This document shows, piece by piece, positions 1 to 10,421 of a DNA stretch of 64,000 bases (positions are counted from its first letter, which is position 1; the number at the start of each line of letters is the position of its first letter). The DNA comes from Ferruginibacter sp. (lineage in GTDB: Bacteria; Bacteroidota; Bacteroidia; Chitinophagales; Chitinophagaceae), in assembly GCA_025352525.1 (NCBI GenBank), contig JANXTG010000004.1, positions 7,471 through 71,470 on the forward strand, in the 5' to 3' direction. The notes beneath the pieces were generated by a model, which was not told the DNA's origin, searched no databases, and worked only from the letters and a program-made list of their open reading frames with translations. The translations under genes were made by a program, and so were the position numbers.

Positions 1-150
1 CGTGGATATATCGGCAGAAGCTGGGGATGCCCTGCAGTTCCGCAAAAATTAAATAAACCAATTATCGATAAAATTAAAAATGGTTCATGTCTGTTTATAT
101 TCAGTGAAAACAGCAGCTACTTAAATTCTTCGAAAATTTTAAACAGTTAG
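1..150 (+). CDS. 3' end of murein L,D-transpeptidase catalytic-domain family protein (YkuD_2-like), partial
   Basis: Frame 1 reads RGYIGRSWGCPAVPQKLNKPIIDKIKNGSCLFIFSENSSYLNSSKILNS*. GRSWGCPAV is the catalytic-Cys motif of this family. Not in the ORF track; truncated by the window edge. Confidence 0.85.
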   Translation, partial: RGYIGRSWGCPAVPQKLNKPIIDKIKNGSCLFIFSENSSYLNSSKILNS

Positions 151-238
151 CTTATTATTTTTAAAAAATTCCAAAAAAGTTTAATGTATTCATTAAACTT
201 TTTTTAGTTTTATATCTTTAAATGCCCTCGTTTATAAT

Positions 239-1201
239 ATGCCAAAATCTTTACTAACAACCGGTTTTTTTATTTTATTTGCATTTACAACATTTGCACA
301 GTTAAACCACAGTGACTCTACTCAAATTAGTAATGAATTAGATGAAGAACTCTTTAATATTCTAAAAAATCAAAAATCTTCAAATCATTTTAATTTCACG
401 ATGGGTATTGGTAACAAACTTTTCAGTGTAAAAAATAATGCTGTAAACTCTTTTCAGTCTCAGGTAAATAAATTGTTTTATACTAGTGCTCTAAATTACC
501 AGCATAAAAGCGGTTTTAATCTTTCGGTAATGCCGTACATAGCCAGTAATAAAGGTGAATTAAAAGTTTACCAGATGGCTGTAACGCCGGGTTATAATTT
601 ATCCGCTAAGAATATTGATTTAAGCCTGTCTTACACCCGATATTTTGCAGATTACAAATCATATAACTCAAACGCTACTTATCAAAATGATTTTTATACC
701 ACCATCAAATACATAAAACCGTTTTTGCAGCCATCATTTTCACTTGGTTATACAACAGGTAAGTTTAAAGAAATAAATATTGATACAATCAAGAATTTAA
801 ATAATAGAATTGTAAAAGACAGTACAAATAATAATATTAAGAACTTTTCAATTTCTTTTGGTTTAGAACATAGTTTTGAATTTGAAAATTTTCTTCATGC
901 TGACGGAAACCTTTCTTTGAAGCCACAATTACTAATAATTGCAGGTAGTGAAAAATTTGCTGTAATTCATACCAATAAAAATTACAATGCTTTAATTAAA
1001 AGGAGCAGGAAATTTAAATCACGGACCCAAAAATTAAATGATGCATTTAATCTACAGTCTCTTGCATTATCTCTTGATGTAACCTATATCGTTGGTAAAT
1101 TTTCTTTATCGCCAAATGTTTATATAGATTATTATATGCATGGTATAAAAGAGAAAAGATTTACAAATGTGTATTCTCTTACTGCAGGAATATCTTTTTA
1201 A
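239..1201 (+). CDS. Hypothetical outer-membrane beta-barrel protein
   Basis: N-terminal signal peptide, alternating hydrophobic beta-strand pattern, C-terminal YSLTAGISF ending in Phe (BAM-type signal). Confidence 0.6.
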   Translation: MPKSLLTTGFFILFAFTTFAQLNHSDSTQISNELDEELFNILKNQKSSNHFNFTMGIGNKLFSVKNNAVNSFQSQVNKLFYTSALNYQHKSGFNLSVMPYIASNKGELKVYQMAVTPGYNLSAKNIDLSLSYTRYFADYKSYNSNATYQNDFYTTIKYIKPFLQPSFSLGYTTGKFKEINIDTIKNLNNRIVKDSTNNNIKNFSISFGLEHSFEFENFLHADGNLSLKPQLLIIAGSEKFAVIHTNKNYNALIKRSRKFKSRTQKLNDAFNLQSLALSLDVTYIVGKFSLSPNVYIDYYMHGIKEKRFTNVYSLTAGISF

Positions 1202-1231
1202 CCTGGTATTTATACTAGAATTTGTATTTCC

Positions 1232-1239
1232 TATCTTCG
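1232..1239 (+). promoter_or_regulatory. Bacteroidota -7 promoter box variant (TATCTTCG) for dapA
   Basis: One mismatch to TAnnTTTG, 13 nt upstream of the ATG at 1253. Confidence 0.55.
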
Positions 1240-1252
1240 TAAAAAATTGATA

Positions 1253-2143
1253 ATGAGTTTTCGTAAAATTTTAAGAGGAACAGGCGTTGCAATAATTACA
1301 CCTTTTGCGGGAGATCTTTCAGTAGATTTTAAAGCATTGGGTAATGTACTCGATTATAACATTAATAATGGGGTAAACTATATTGTCACTTTAGGAACAA
1401 CGGGCGAAACCCCGGTTCTTTCATCTGAAGAAAAAATAGACATTATACATTTTACTGAAAAACATATAGCGGGGCGTGTACCAATGGTTATAGGTATGGG
1501 TGGTAACAATACAGCCGCCGTAGTAAAGGATTTACAGGCATATCCACTTGATGGAGCTGTTGCTGTTTTGAGTGCAAGTCCCTACTATAGCAAGCCATCG
1601 CAGGAAGGTATTTACGAGCATTATAAAGCCCTGGCAGCTGCATCTCCCAAACCTGTTATTTTATACAATGTTCCAGGGCGTACGGGTAGAAATATGAGTG
1701 CTTCAACAACATTGAGACTTGCACAAATTAAAAATATTGCAGGGATTAAAGAAGCAAGTAATGATATACAGCAGGTGATGGAAATTTTAAAAGGCAGACC
1801 TGAAAAATTTGCTGTAATAAGTGGCGATGATGATTTGGTTTTGCCTGAAATGGCCTGTGGTATAGACGGTGTAATAAGTGTAGCCGCAAATGCTTTTCCA
1901 AAGTTGTTTTCTCAAATGGTAAATCATGGCTTAAATAATAATTTTACTGAAGCAGTGAATTTAAACAATCAGTTGCTTGAAGTTTATAAACTATTGTTTG
2001 CAGAGAATAATCCTGCAGGTGTTAAAGCATTTTTATTTGAAATGAAGTTGATTAAAAATATCCTCCGTTTACCTGGTGTGCCGCTAAGTGATGAACTTCA
2101 TGGACGGGTAAAAAAATATTTGACAGATAATAAGGTTTCGTGA
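1253..2143 (+). CDS. dapA: 4-hydroxy-tetrahydrodipicolinate synthase
   Basis: GTTGE motif, PYYSKP, ILYNVPGRTG and Schiff-base GIKEAS. ATG at 1253 preferred over TTG at 1247. Confidence 0.95.
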   Translation: MSFRKILRGTGVAIITPFAGDLSVDFKALGNVLDYNINNGVNYIVTLGTTGETPVLSSEEKIDIIHFTEKHIAGRVPMVIGMGGNNTAAVVKDLQAYPLDGAVAVLSASPYYSKPSQEGIYEHYKALAAASPKPVILYNVPGRTGRNMSASTTLRLAQIKNIAGIKEASNDIQQVMEILKGRPEKFAVISGDDDLVLPEMACGIDGVISVAANAFPKLFSQMVNHGLNNNFTEAVNLNNQLLEVYKLLFAENNPAGVKAFLFEMKLIKNILRLPGVPLSDELHGRVKKYLTDNKVS

Positions 2144-2883
2144 AATTTTATTTATGTGCCATATTAATCATTGCAAGTACTTTAAAAGTAGTTGCACAAA
2201 ATGGTGACAGCTCACTAAAATATATCTGGGTTAATGAAACATCGACCGTTAGTGCAGTAATAGAAATTTATGGGCTGCAGAAAAGTAAAAGTGCCAGCAT
2301 TATTTATTTTTTAAAAAATGTTGATACAGTCTATAATTCTGTTACTGATAGTTTATTTCAGACTTTTACAAACAGTTCTTTTTTAAATTGTCCGGTTATA
2401 AAAATCAGTTTTATTAATTATGACTCCGTTTCGGACAAAAAAATAAAACTTTATTCGGATGCTTTTATTAAATTAATTCTGCCCGACATACAGAAAAAAT
2501 ACCAGCAGTTAAAGAATAATAATGTTATTGTTTCGGGTATAAATGACTTCGCATTAGTGGCTCTTTTCGGTGCCACAATAAATTCCTTTAAAATAAGTAA
2601 AACTGCCTTGTTTTTTAATGATGATGTGGATTTTTCTAAATTCACCCTTTTGAATTTGGAGGCTTTCAAAAACTTAAAAGGAAAATTATTTATTTATGTA
2701 AATCATCAAAATTATGATGATGTGTTTACAGATTCTTTGGCTTCAAACATAGCCTTAGCTTCACCAGCCGTGCTTTACAAATACGATAACTATTCAAATC
2801 TTCTGCCTTTTAATATTTTTATAGAAGCTTATAAATGGTTAACGGCAGAAGGAAATAATTACATTATTGAAAACATGAATTAA
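2140..2883 (+). CDS. Secreted hypothetical protein, possibly a degenerate alpha/beta-hydrolase (esterase-like) fold
   Basis: Signal peptide. FIKLILPDIQKKY...IVSGINDFALVAL resembles putative-esterase families around the nucleophile elbow but lacks GxSxG. Overlaps the dapA stop by 4 nt. Confidence 0.5.
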   Translation: MKFYLCAILIIASTLKVVAQNGDSSLKYIWVNETSTVSAVIEIYGLQKSKSASIIYFLKNVDTVYNSVTDSLFQTFTNSSFLNCPVIKISFINYDSVSDKKIKLYSDAFIKLILPDIQKKYQQLKNNNVIVSGINDFALVALFGATINSFKISKTALFFNDDVDFSKFTLLNLEAFKNLKGKLFIYVNHQNYDDVFTDSLASNIALASPAVLYKYDNYSNLLPFNIFIEAYKWLTAEGNNYIIENMN

Positions 2884-3782
2884 ATTTTAAAACAGGCTCC
2901 TTCGTGGGCTAATTCTGTATTTTCAAACACTTCTTTGGTTTCTACCAAAAATTCATCAAGCACTTCGTATTTTGATGAAAAATGGCCTATTAATAATTTC
3001 TTTGCACCTGCAAGTTTTGCAATATTTCCTGCCTGAATTGTAGTACAGTGAAACCGTGCAGCAGCTCGCTCTTCCAGGTCTTTTAAATAGGTTGTTTCGT
3101 GGTAAACAAGATCTGCACCTTTAATTTTTTCAGCAATGCTTTCATCGTAAATAGTATCAGCACAATAAGCATACATACGGGCAGCTGTTGCAGGTTCAGT
3201 AACAGCTTCATTTGCCACAATGGTCCCTTTCTTTGTAATGTAATCGCTTCCTTTTTGAAGCTCACTATAAAAAGCTTCAGGTATTTCATACATCTTCACT
3301 TTTTCAGGATTTATGCTTCTTGGATTTTTCTTTTCCTTAAATAAAAAGCCAAAACAATCTATCCGGTGGTATACTTTAAAAGCTGAAACGGTTATCTTTT
3401 TATCATTGGCAATTTCACCTTCTTTCTCTAAAATATGAAAATAAAGCTGGTACGGCAAAGTGGTGTTTGCTGCATCGAGGTGTAGTTGTATAATGGGTTG
3501 AAGTAAAGCAGGTGCATACACATGCAAATCGTTTGTACGCCCAAGTAAGCCCATACTGGTAAGCAAACCTATCAAACCAAAATAGTGATCTCCGTGTAAG
3601 TGAGAAATGAATATTTTGTTTATTTTGCTACGTTTAATTTTGTATTTGGTAAGCTGGTTTTGGGTCCCTTCTCCACAGTCTATTAAATAATTTTCATCAT
3701 TAGTCTGTAAAACCTGTGCAGTAGGGTTTCTGCCATGGGCAGGGATAGCAGAGTTGTTTCCAAGAATTGTAAGTGCCAGCAA
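2880..3782 (-). CDS. rnz: Ribonuclease Z
   Basis: IDCGEG, metallo-beta-lactamase HLHGDH motif, AYCADT, HETTY, LIGHFS. Confidence 0.95.
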   Translation of the reverse strand: MLALTILGNNSAIPAHGRNPTAQVLQTNDENYLIDCGEGTQNQLTKYKIKRSKINKIFISHLHGDHYFGLIGLLTSMGLLGRTNDLHVYAPALLQPIIQLHLDAANTTLPYQLYFHILEKEGEIANDKKITVSAFKVYHRIDCFGFLFKEKKNPRSINPEKVKMYEIPEAFYSELQKGSDYITKKGTIVANEAVTEPATAARMYAYCADTIYDESIAEKIKGADLVYHETTYLKDLEERAAARFHCTTIQAGNIAKLAGAKKLLIGHFSSKYEVLDEFLVETKEVFENTELAHEGACFKI

Positions 3783-3843
3783 ACTATAGGGTTTAAATAT
3801 TTATATAAGGACTTTTATTAAGTATAAAAAGCTGCTTTTTGCT

Positions 3844-4230
3844 TCATTTATCTTCTGCATAAAAATCATTAAGCAATTCTCTTTCTATTTCTTCCATTTG
3901 TAAAATATCCCATGCTTCACTCTCAGTTCGAGTTATGTTCATAAAATCAATTAATTCAAGTTTTACAAAAACTTTTTTAACCTCTTTTTGAAGTTCACAA
4001 ATTACCATAGACTTATTTTGTTCATAAAACTGTTTTTGTATTTGGGAAAACTTTTCAGCCGCTTGTTCATTAATTATTTCTACCATTTTCATGTTAACTA
4101 CGATATGAGGAATTTTATAACTGGCATTTCCACATATAATTTCAATGTCTTCTGTCATATTAGCAGAAATAAATGACTCTTCTGGTGTTAGAACAGTAAA
4201 ATTTTCTTTGGTATCTATTTTGAGTTTCAT
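3844..4230 (-). CDS. STAS-domain (anti-anti-sigma-like) protein
   Basis: Size, MKLKIDTKENFTVL start and C-terminal EAWDILQMEEIERELL typical of the Bacteroidota STAS protein next to rnz and clpC. Confidence 0.75.
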   Translation of the reverse strand: MKLKIDTKENFTVLTPEESFISANMTEDIEIICGNASYKIPHIVVNMKMVEIINEQAAEKFSQIQKQFYEQNKSMVICELQKEVKKVFVKLELIDFMNITRTESEAWDILQMEEIERELLNDFYAEDK

Positions 4231-4398
4231 GTGCTGAGATTAATAATCTAAGATATAATAAACCGATCTATAAATATGTGTTTGTTTTCTTTCCGTAAAT
4301 AGTATTATCATATTGTACACATATCAACATTTTTGATTTCTTTAGCACTTTATCGCTTCATTTTTTCGTTAACATTGTATCAGTAAAAATATAAGAAT

Positions 4399-6945
4399 AT
4401 GGACAACAACTTTAGTACACAGGTAAAAGAAATAATATCTTACAGCAGAGAAGAAGCTTTAAGATTGGGAAATGATTTTATAGGAACAGAACATTTAGTT
4501 TTAGGTTTAATAAGAGATGGCGAGAATACTGCCGTAAAAATTCTTAAAACACTCCATGTAGATGTTTATGAATTGCGCAAGGAAATTGAGCTTGCTGTTA
4601 AGGACAAAACCGGTAAAAATATTGCAAACATAAATTCTTTACCGCTCACAAAACAGGCAGAAAAGGTTATTCGCATAACAGTTTTAGAAGCAAAAGCCGT
4701 TAAAAGTGTTAACGTTGAAAGCGAACATTTAATGTTGTCTATTTTAAAAAATAAAGAAAACATTGCTACTCAAATCTTAAATCAGTTTGATGTAGATTAT
4801 GATATTTTTAAAACTGAGCTTGGTTTTGTAGCAAGTGATTTGCCCCGAGCAGAATTTAATGAGGAAGATGATTTTGATGAAGACAGTAAAAAGTTTGGTG
4901 CTCAAAAACCTGCAAAGCCCGGTGCTGCTAATCTGCCAAAAACAAAAACACCCGTACTTGATAATTTTGGAAGGGATATAACTCGTCTTGCAGAAAGCGG
5001 TTCACTTGATCCTATTGTTGGTCGTGAAAATGAAATTGAAAGGGTATCGCAAATTCTTTCCCGCAGAAAGAAAAATAATCCCATATTAATTGGTGAGCCT
5101 GGTGTGGGTAAAACTGCTATTGTTGAAGGTTTGGCTTTGCGAATTGTACAAAGAAAAGTAAGCAGAATTTTATTTGACAAAAGAGTTGTAAGTCTTGACC
5201 TTGCAGCATTGGTGGCGGGTACAAAATATAGAGGTCAATTTGAAGAGCGCATGAAAGCCATTATGAATGAGCTTGAAAAAAACAAAGATGTAATTCTATT
5301 TATTGATGAGATACATACTATTGTAGGTGCAGGTGGCGCAAGCGGAAGCCTGGATGCAAGCAACATTTTTAAACCGGCATTGGCACGTGGTGAATTGCAG
5401 TGTATTGGTGCAACTACTTTAGATGAATATCGCCAGCACATTGAAAAAGATGGGGCACTTGACCGTCGTTTTCAAAAGGTATTAGTTGAACAGCCAAGTG
5501 TTGATGAAGCCATAGAAATCTTAACAAATATCAAAAGTAAATATGAAGATTACCACAATGTAACCTACAGCCAGGAAGCAATTGAAGCCTGTGTAAAGTT
5601 GAGTGATCGTTACATGACAGATCGTTTATTGCCTGATAAAGCAATTGATGTTTTAGACGAAGTAGGTGCTAGAAAACATATAAAAAATATAAACGTTCCG
5701 GAAAATATTATAGAGCTGGAGAAAAAAATAGATGACATAAAACTGGAAAAAAACAGAGTCGTTAAAAGCCAAAAGTTTGAAGAGGCTGCGTCTTTAAGAG
5801 ACACCGAAAAACGCCTTCAGGATGAACTGGAAAAAGCAAAAAACGATTGGGAAGAAGAAAGTAAAAACAAACGGTTTCCTATTGAAGAAGAGGATATCGC
5901 TGAAGTAATTCACATGATGACGGGCATACCTGTAAAACGCATGGTGCAGGCAGAAACTGATAAACTTCGCCACATGGGTGACGATTTAAAAGGAGCTGTT
6001 GTTGGACAGGCAGAGGCCATCAGCAAAGTAGTTAAAGCTATACAGCGCAATAGAGTAGGTTTAAAAGATCCTAAAAAGCCCATCGGTACATTTATATTTC
6101 TAGGTCCAACGGGTGTCGGTAAAACAGAACTTGCCCGCACTTTAGCCCGCCAGATGTTTGACAGTGAGGACGCACTTATCCGTATTGACATGAGTGAGTA
6201 CATGGAAAAATTTACAGTAAGTAGATTAATAGGAGCGCCTCCGGGATATGTAGGTTACGAAGAAGGTGGTCAGCTTACAGAACGTGTACGTCGCAAGCCT
6301 TACAGTGTGATTCTGCTTGATGAAATAGAAAAAGCCCATCCGGATATTTATAATATCTTACTACAGGTTTTGGATGATGGAATGCTTACTGATGGATTGG
6401 GTAGAAAAGTAGATTTTAAAAATACCATGATCATAATGACTTCTAATATTGGTGCACGCCAGTTAAAAGATTTTGGTGAAGGAGTTGGTTTTGCTACAGC
6501 AAACAGAATGGAAAATTCTGATGAAAATAATAAAGCTGTAATTGAAAAAGCGCTAAAACGTACTTTTAGTCCGGAGTTTTTAAACAGGATTGATGATGTA
6601 GTAATATTTAATTCTCTTAGCAAAGCTGATATTTTTGAGATAATAGATATATTGATGAAGGGTGTAATGAAGCGTTTAAACAACCTTGGTTTTAGTATGG
6701 AACTTACGCCCGAAGCAAAAGCTTTTGTGGCTGATAAAGGCTACGACAGCCAGTTTGGTGCACGACCACTCCACAGAGCTATTCAAAAATATTTAGAAGA
6801 TCCTTTAGCAGAAGAAATATTAAATATGAATATAAAAAGCGGCGATGTGTTAATAGCAGAGTTGGATGTAGAAAATCAAAAAGTAATATTTAAGAAGAAG
6901 GATAAAGAAGAGCCTAGGAAAAAAGAGAAGAAGAGCGAAGCTTAA
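4399..6945 (+). CDS. clpC: ATP-dependent Clp protease ATP-binding subunit ClpC
   Basis: Clp-N repeats, two AAA+ modules ([16 protein letters not shown]), short UVR coiled coil (FEEAASLRD), RIDMSEYME. Confidence 0.95.
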   Translation: MDNNFSTQVKEIISYSREEALRLGNDFIGTEHLVLGLIRDGENTAVKILKTLHVDVYELRKEIELAVKDKTGKNIANINSLPLTKQAEKVIRITVLEAKAVKSVNVESEHLMLSILKNKENIATQILNQFDVDYDIFKTELGFVASDLPRAEFNEEDDFDEDSKKFGAQKPAKPGAANLPKTKTPVLDNFGRDITRLAESGSLDPIVGRENEIERVSQILSRRKKNNPILIGEPGVGKTAIVEGLALRIVQRKVSRILFDKRVVSLDLAALVAGTKYRGQFEERMKAIMNELEKNKDVILFIDEIHTIVGAGGASGSLDASNIFKPALARGELQCIGATTLDEYRQHIEKDGALDRRFQKVLVEQPSVDEAIEILTNIKSKYEDYHNVTYSQEAIEACVKLSDRYMTDRLLPDKAIDVLDEVGARKHIKNINVPENIIELEKKIDDIKLEKNRVVKSQKFEEAASLRDTEKRLQDELEKAKNDWEEESKNKRFPIEEEDIAEVIHMMTGIPVKRMVQAETDKLRHMGDDLKGAVVGQAEAISKVVKAIQRNRVGLKDPKKPIGTFIFLGPTGVGKTELARTLARQMFDSEDALIRIDMSEYMEKFTVSRLIGAPPGYVGYEEGGQLTERVRRKPYSVILLDEIEKAHPDIYNILLQVLDDGMLTDGLGRKVDFKNTMIIMTSNIGARQLKDFGEGVGFATANRMENSDENNKAVIEKALKRTFSPEFLNRIDDVVIFNSLSKADIFEIIDILMKGVMKRLNNLGFSMELTPEAKAFVADKGYDSQFGARPLHRAIQKYLEDPLAEEILNMNIKSGDVLIAELDVENQKVIFKKKDKEEPRKKEKKSEA

Positions 6946-6964
6946 TTATTCTTAAAATCTATTT

Positions 6965-6996
6965 AAAACCCCGTTCATTTTATGAACGGGGTTTTT
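6965..6996 (+). terminator. Intrinsic terminator after clpC
   Basis: AAAACCCCGTTCAT / ATGAACGGGGTTTT perfect inverted repeat with T tail. Confidence 0.85.
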
Positions 6997-7063
6997 AGTT
7001 TAATGATTTTTAATCTTTTCAAATTATTTTTGCAAATCATTAAAATTCCTTCACTTTTACAAC

Positions 7064-7744
7064 ATGGCAAAAAAGATAATTATAACAATAGACGGATGGT
7101 CATCCTGCGGAAAAAGTACCGTTGCCAAACAGCTTGCAAAAGAACTTGGTTATACCTACATTGATAGCGGTGCCATGTACAGAGCAATAACCCTTTATTT
7201 TTTAAGAAACCATATTGACTGGACTGATGATATGGAAGTTAAGAATGCCTTAAATGAAATCCATCTGCATTTTGAGTCTAATTTAAAATCAGGTGAATCA
7301 GAAATATTTTTGAATGATGAAAATGTGGAGTATTTGATAAGAGATCTTATTATTGCAGACAAGGTTAGTGATATTGCAGCTACTGCTTCGGTACGCACTT
7401 TTGCAGTTGCCCAGCAACAAAAAATGGGTTCAAACAAAGCCATCGTTATGGATGGAAGAGATATTGGAACAACCGTTTTTCCCGATGCAGAATTAAAGAT
7501 TTTTATGACTGCAGATATTGCTACAAGGGTTGAGCGTCGGTATAAAGAAATGTTTGAGAAAAATCCAAATGTTGTGCTTGAAGATGTTCAGCATAACTTG
7601 GAAATGAGGGATTATATAGATTCGCACAGAGAAGTAAGCCCATTAAAAAAAGCTGAAGATGCTATTGTTCTTGATAATACTAATTTAGATATGGAACAAC
7701 AGCTAAAAATTGCAATAAATCTAGTAAAGCAACCTCTTGTTTAA
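7064..7744 (+). CDS. cmk: Cytidylate kinase
   Basis: TIDGWSSCGKST P-loop, DSGAMYRA, VMDGRDIGT, RDYIDSHREVSPL. Confidence 0.95.
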   Translation: MAKKIIITIDGWSSCGKSTVAKQLAKELGYTYIDSGAMYRAITLYFLRNHIDWTDDMEVKNALNEIHLHFESNLKSGESEIFLNDENVEYLIRDLIIADKVSDIAATASVRTFAVAQQQKMGSNKAIVMDGRDIGTTVFPDAELKIFMTADIATRVERRYKEMFEKNPNVVLEDVQHNLEMRDYIDSHREVSPLKKAEDAIVLDNTNLDMEQQLKIAINLVKQPLV

Positions 7745-8976
7745 TTTGTCAAAAGCATTTCATTCTTTAATTCTTCCAATCTTTTGCTGCAATTTTTCAT
7801 AGCTGCAATTTTTTCTATTACAGCTTCTACCATTGCATCCGGGCAACTTGCACCACTGCTTATTAAAATCTTCACAGGTCTGTTTAAAGGCAAAAAGTCG
7901 GTAGCAGATTTTTCTGTCTGAATATGAAGATCATAATGAAAAATGGTATTGTCGTCAGTTATTTTATCAGCTCCATTTATAAAATAAGTTGTCAGTTTTT
8001 CTTCACACAGCTCTACAAGGTGTGAGGTGTTGCTGCTGTTGTAACCACCAACAACAATGGCAAAATCTGCTTCCTGTTCCAACAGCCCATAAATGGATGA
8101 CTGGTTATCGTTTGTAGCGTAGCAAAGTGTATCTTTTGTATCAGCAAATCTTTCAGCAACATTTGCTTCCGTAAGACTGTATTTTGCAATCATTACATTT
8201 TTTAAAAAATCGGCAATTGCTTGTGTATCGCTTGCCAGCATTGTAGTTTGATTGATAACACCAATACGCTGCAAATCTTTTTCAGGGTTAAATTCATCTG
8301 AAAAGCGACCTGCAAATTCTTCTTTAAACAGTTCAAGATTTTTTTCGCCGGTTATATATTTACTAAGCTTAATTGCTTCTGTCATATCATTGACAATTAC
8401 TGTCGGCGTTACTTTAGCTGCGTGTGAAAATGTTGCACGGGTTTCTTCGTGTGTAGGTTTGCCATGTACAACAACTGCATAATTTTTTTTGCCTATCTGG
8501 TCTCCACGGTTCCATACTTTTTCAACAAAAGGGCAGGTCGTATTGTATTTTTTTGTTGAAATGCCTATTGCATTTATTTTTTCTTCAATTGATAAAGTTG
8601 TCCCGAATGCAGGAATGATTACAACATCATCTGCCGTTAATTCTTCAAATGGTATAAGCATGTTACCTTTAGTATCCTGCAAAAATACCACACCTCTCTG
8701 CTGCAAATCAGCATTCACCTGTGGGTTATGTATCATTTCGCTTAATAAAAAAATACGCTTACCGGGGTTTTCATTTATTGTTTTAAATGCAATTTCAATC
8801 GCATTTTCTACACCATAACAAAATCCAAAATGCCTTGCCAAATAAATCTGTACATCTCCCAAATCCAACATTGTAGGTGTAAAGTCTTTTTTCATTTTAT
8901 CCTGCTCTCTTCTTGTATTCTTTATTGCACTAATTAGAGGGCTTCTATATGTAAAAGGAATAGTAAATTGTTTCAT
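7741..8976 (-). CDS. ispH: 4-hydroxy-3-methylbut-2-enyl diphosphate reductase
   Basis: FGFCYGV, TTCPFV, DTLCYAT (three Fe-S Cys), NQTT, SSNT, SGASCP. Confidence 0.95.
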   Translation of the reverse strand: MKQFTIPFTYRSPLISAIKNTRREQDKMKKDFTPTMLDLGDVQIYLARHFGFCYGVENAIEIAFKTINENPGKRIFLLSEMIHNPQVNADLQQRGVVFLQDTKGNMLIPFEELTADDVVIIPAFGTTLSIEEKINAIGISTKKYNTTCPFVEKVWNRGDQIGKKNYAVVVHGKPTHEETRATFSHAAKVTPTVIVNDMTEAIKLSKYITGEKNLELFKEEFAGRFSDEFNPEKDLQRIGVINQTTMLASDTQAIADFLKNVMIAKYSLTEANVAERFADTKDTLCYATNDNQSSIYGLLEQEADFAIVVGGYNSSNTSHLVELCEEKLTTYFINGADKITDDNTIFHYDLHIQTEKSATDFLPLNRPVKILISSGASCPDAMVEAVIEKIAAMKNCSKRLEELKNEMLLTN

Positions 8977-8991
8977 AAAAAATATTGATTA

Positions 8992-8999
8992 CAAAGGTA
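8992..8999 (-). promoter_or_regulatory. -7 promoter box TACCTTTG for ispH
   Basis: Exact TAnnTTTG on the minus strand, 15 nt upstream of the start codon. Confidence 0.65.
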
Positions 9000-9066
9000 C
9001 GTTTTATGATAAATTGAATTTACATTACCCTTTTTTGCAAATGCTAAAAACTGAGTATAAAATTTT

Positions 9067-10359
9067 ATGGCAGCAAGTTTATTTACACAACCCACATTTT
9101 TAAGGAACAGTAATTTATACGAAGTAAATGTGCGGCAATATACTGATGAAGGCACTTTTAAAGCATTTGAAAAACATTTACCCAGGCTGAAAGACATGGG
9201 TGCTGAAATATTGTGGATGATGCCAATTCACCCGATTGGCATAGTAAAAAGAAAAGGTTTACTTGGCAGTTACTATTCCATTCAAAATCACAAAGGAATT
9301 AATCCTGAATTTGGTACAGAAGATGACTTCAGAGATTTGGTAATAAAAGTTCATTCGCTTGGCATGAAAATAATTATTGACTGGGTGGCCAACCATACCT
9401 CGTGGGATAATGTTTGGACGAAAACCAATCCTGAATATTATGTAAAAGATGCTGATGGTAATTTTGTAACAGCTTATGATTGGGATGATGTTTTGCAGAT
9501 AGATCATTCCTGCGAGCCTGAACAAACAGCTATGATTGATGCCATGCAATATTGGGTTAAAGAATTTAATATTGATGGTTTTAGAGCTGACCTTGCGCAC
9601 TTGACACCACTTCCATTTTGGTTGAAAGCAAGATTGCAGTTATCTCCTTTTAAAAAAGACCTGATATGGCTAGCAGAAACAGAAGATATAAATTACCATC
9701 AGGCATTTGATATTTCGTATACATGGAAATGGATGCACATTACCGAGCAGTTTGTAAAAGGAGAAAATACCTTGGCTGATTGCGTGAAAGTATTATCAGA
9801 TTATAAAAATGATTTTAATGAAAAAGATCTGCGTTTATTTTTTACAAGCAACCATGATGAAAATTCATGGAACGGTTCTGAATATGAAAAGTATGGTGTA
9901 TTTGCAAAAGCATGGGCAGTTTTTTCGATAATTTATGCGTCTGTTCCTCTTATGTACAGCGGTCAGGAATTACCCAATTATAAAAGATTACACTTTTTTG
10001 AAAAAGATGTTATTGAATGGACAAACGATGTAAAACTGCATCATTTTTATAAATGTTTACTTGCATTGCGAAAAAGAAATCCAGTATTTATAAATTTGAA
10101 AGCAGCAAATATTTTTATTGATGACTTATTAATTTCCCGCAACATATTTGCTATGGTTATAAAAAGTGGTGAGGATGTGGTTGTATGTATTATCAATTTC
10201 AACAAGATTGCGGCTGCGGAAAATATTACTGTTAACACTATGCCGGGGCATTACAGAAATATTTTTTCAGGGCAGGAAATTACCTTTAATAACAGTTTCT
10301 TTTTTGAAGAAGAAGCAGGTGGTTTTTGCATTTTAGAAAAGTATAAAGTATTAAACTGA
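9067..10359 (+). CDS. GH13 alpha-amylase-family glycosidase, no signal peptide
   Basis: LWMMPIHP, DWVANH, catalytic GFRADLA (Asp), WLAE (Glu), NHDE (Asp). Confidence 0.9.
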   Translation: MAASLFTQPTFLRNSNLYEVNVRQYTDEGTFKAFEKHLPRLKDMGAEILWMMPIHPIGIVKRKGLLGSYYSIQNHKGINPEFGTEDDFRDLVIKVHSLGMKIIIDWVANHTSWDNVWTKTNPEYYVKDADGNFVTAYDWDDVLQIDHSCEPEQTAMIDAMQYWVKEFNIDGFRADLAHLTPLPFWLKARLQLSPFKKDLIWLAETEDINYHQAFDISYTWKWMHITEQFVKGENTLADCVKVLSDYKNDFNEKDLRLFFTSNHDENSWNGSEYEKYGVFAKAWAVFSIIYASVPLMYSGQELPNYKRLHFFEKDVIEWTNDVKLHHFYKCLLALRKRNPVFINLKAANIFIDDLLISRNIFAMVIKSGEDVVVCIINFNKIAAAENITVNTMPGHYRNIFSGQEITFNNSFFFEEEAGGFCILEKYKVLN

Positions 10360-10367
10360 TTGTAAAT

Positions 10368-10405
10368 AAAAATCCCCTGAAGAATAATCGACAGGGGATT
10401 TTTTT
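10368..10405. terminator. Bidirectional intrinsic terminator between GH13 gene and htrA
   Basis: AAAAATCCCCTG / CAGGGGATTTTT inverted repeat between convergent genes. Confidence 0.85.
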
Positions 10406-10421
10406 AATGTGTTTTTAATAT

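Noticed and set aside
2-52. Alternative frame VDISAEAGDALQFRKN* or an RNA motif at the window start
   Set aside because: Frame 1 gives the GRSWGCPAV L,D-transpeptidase motif, which explains the sequence better.
4342-4368. CIRCE (HrcA operator) upstream of clpC
   Set aside because: Only the left arm TTAGCACTT matches; there is no GAGTGCTAA right arm 9 nt later.
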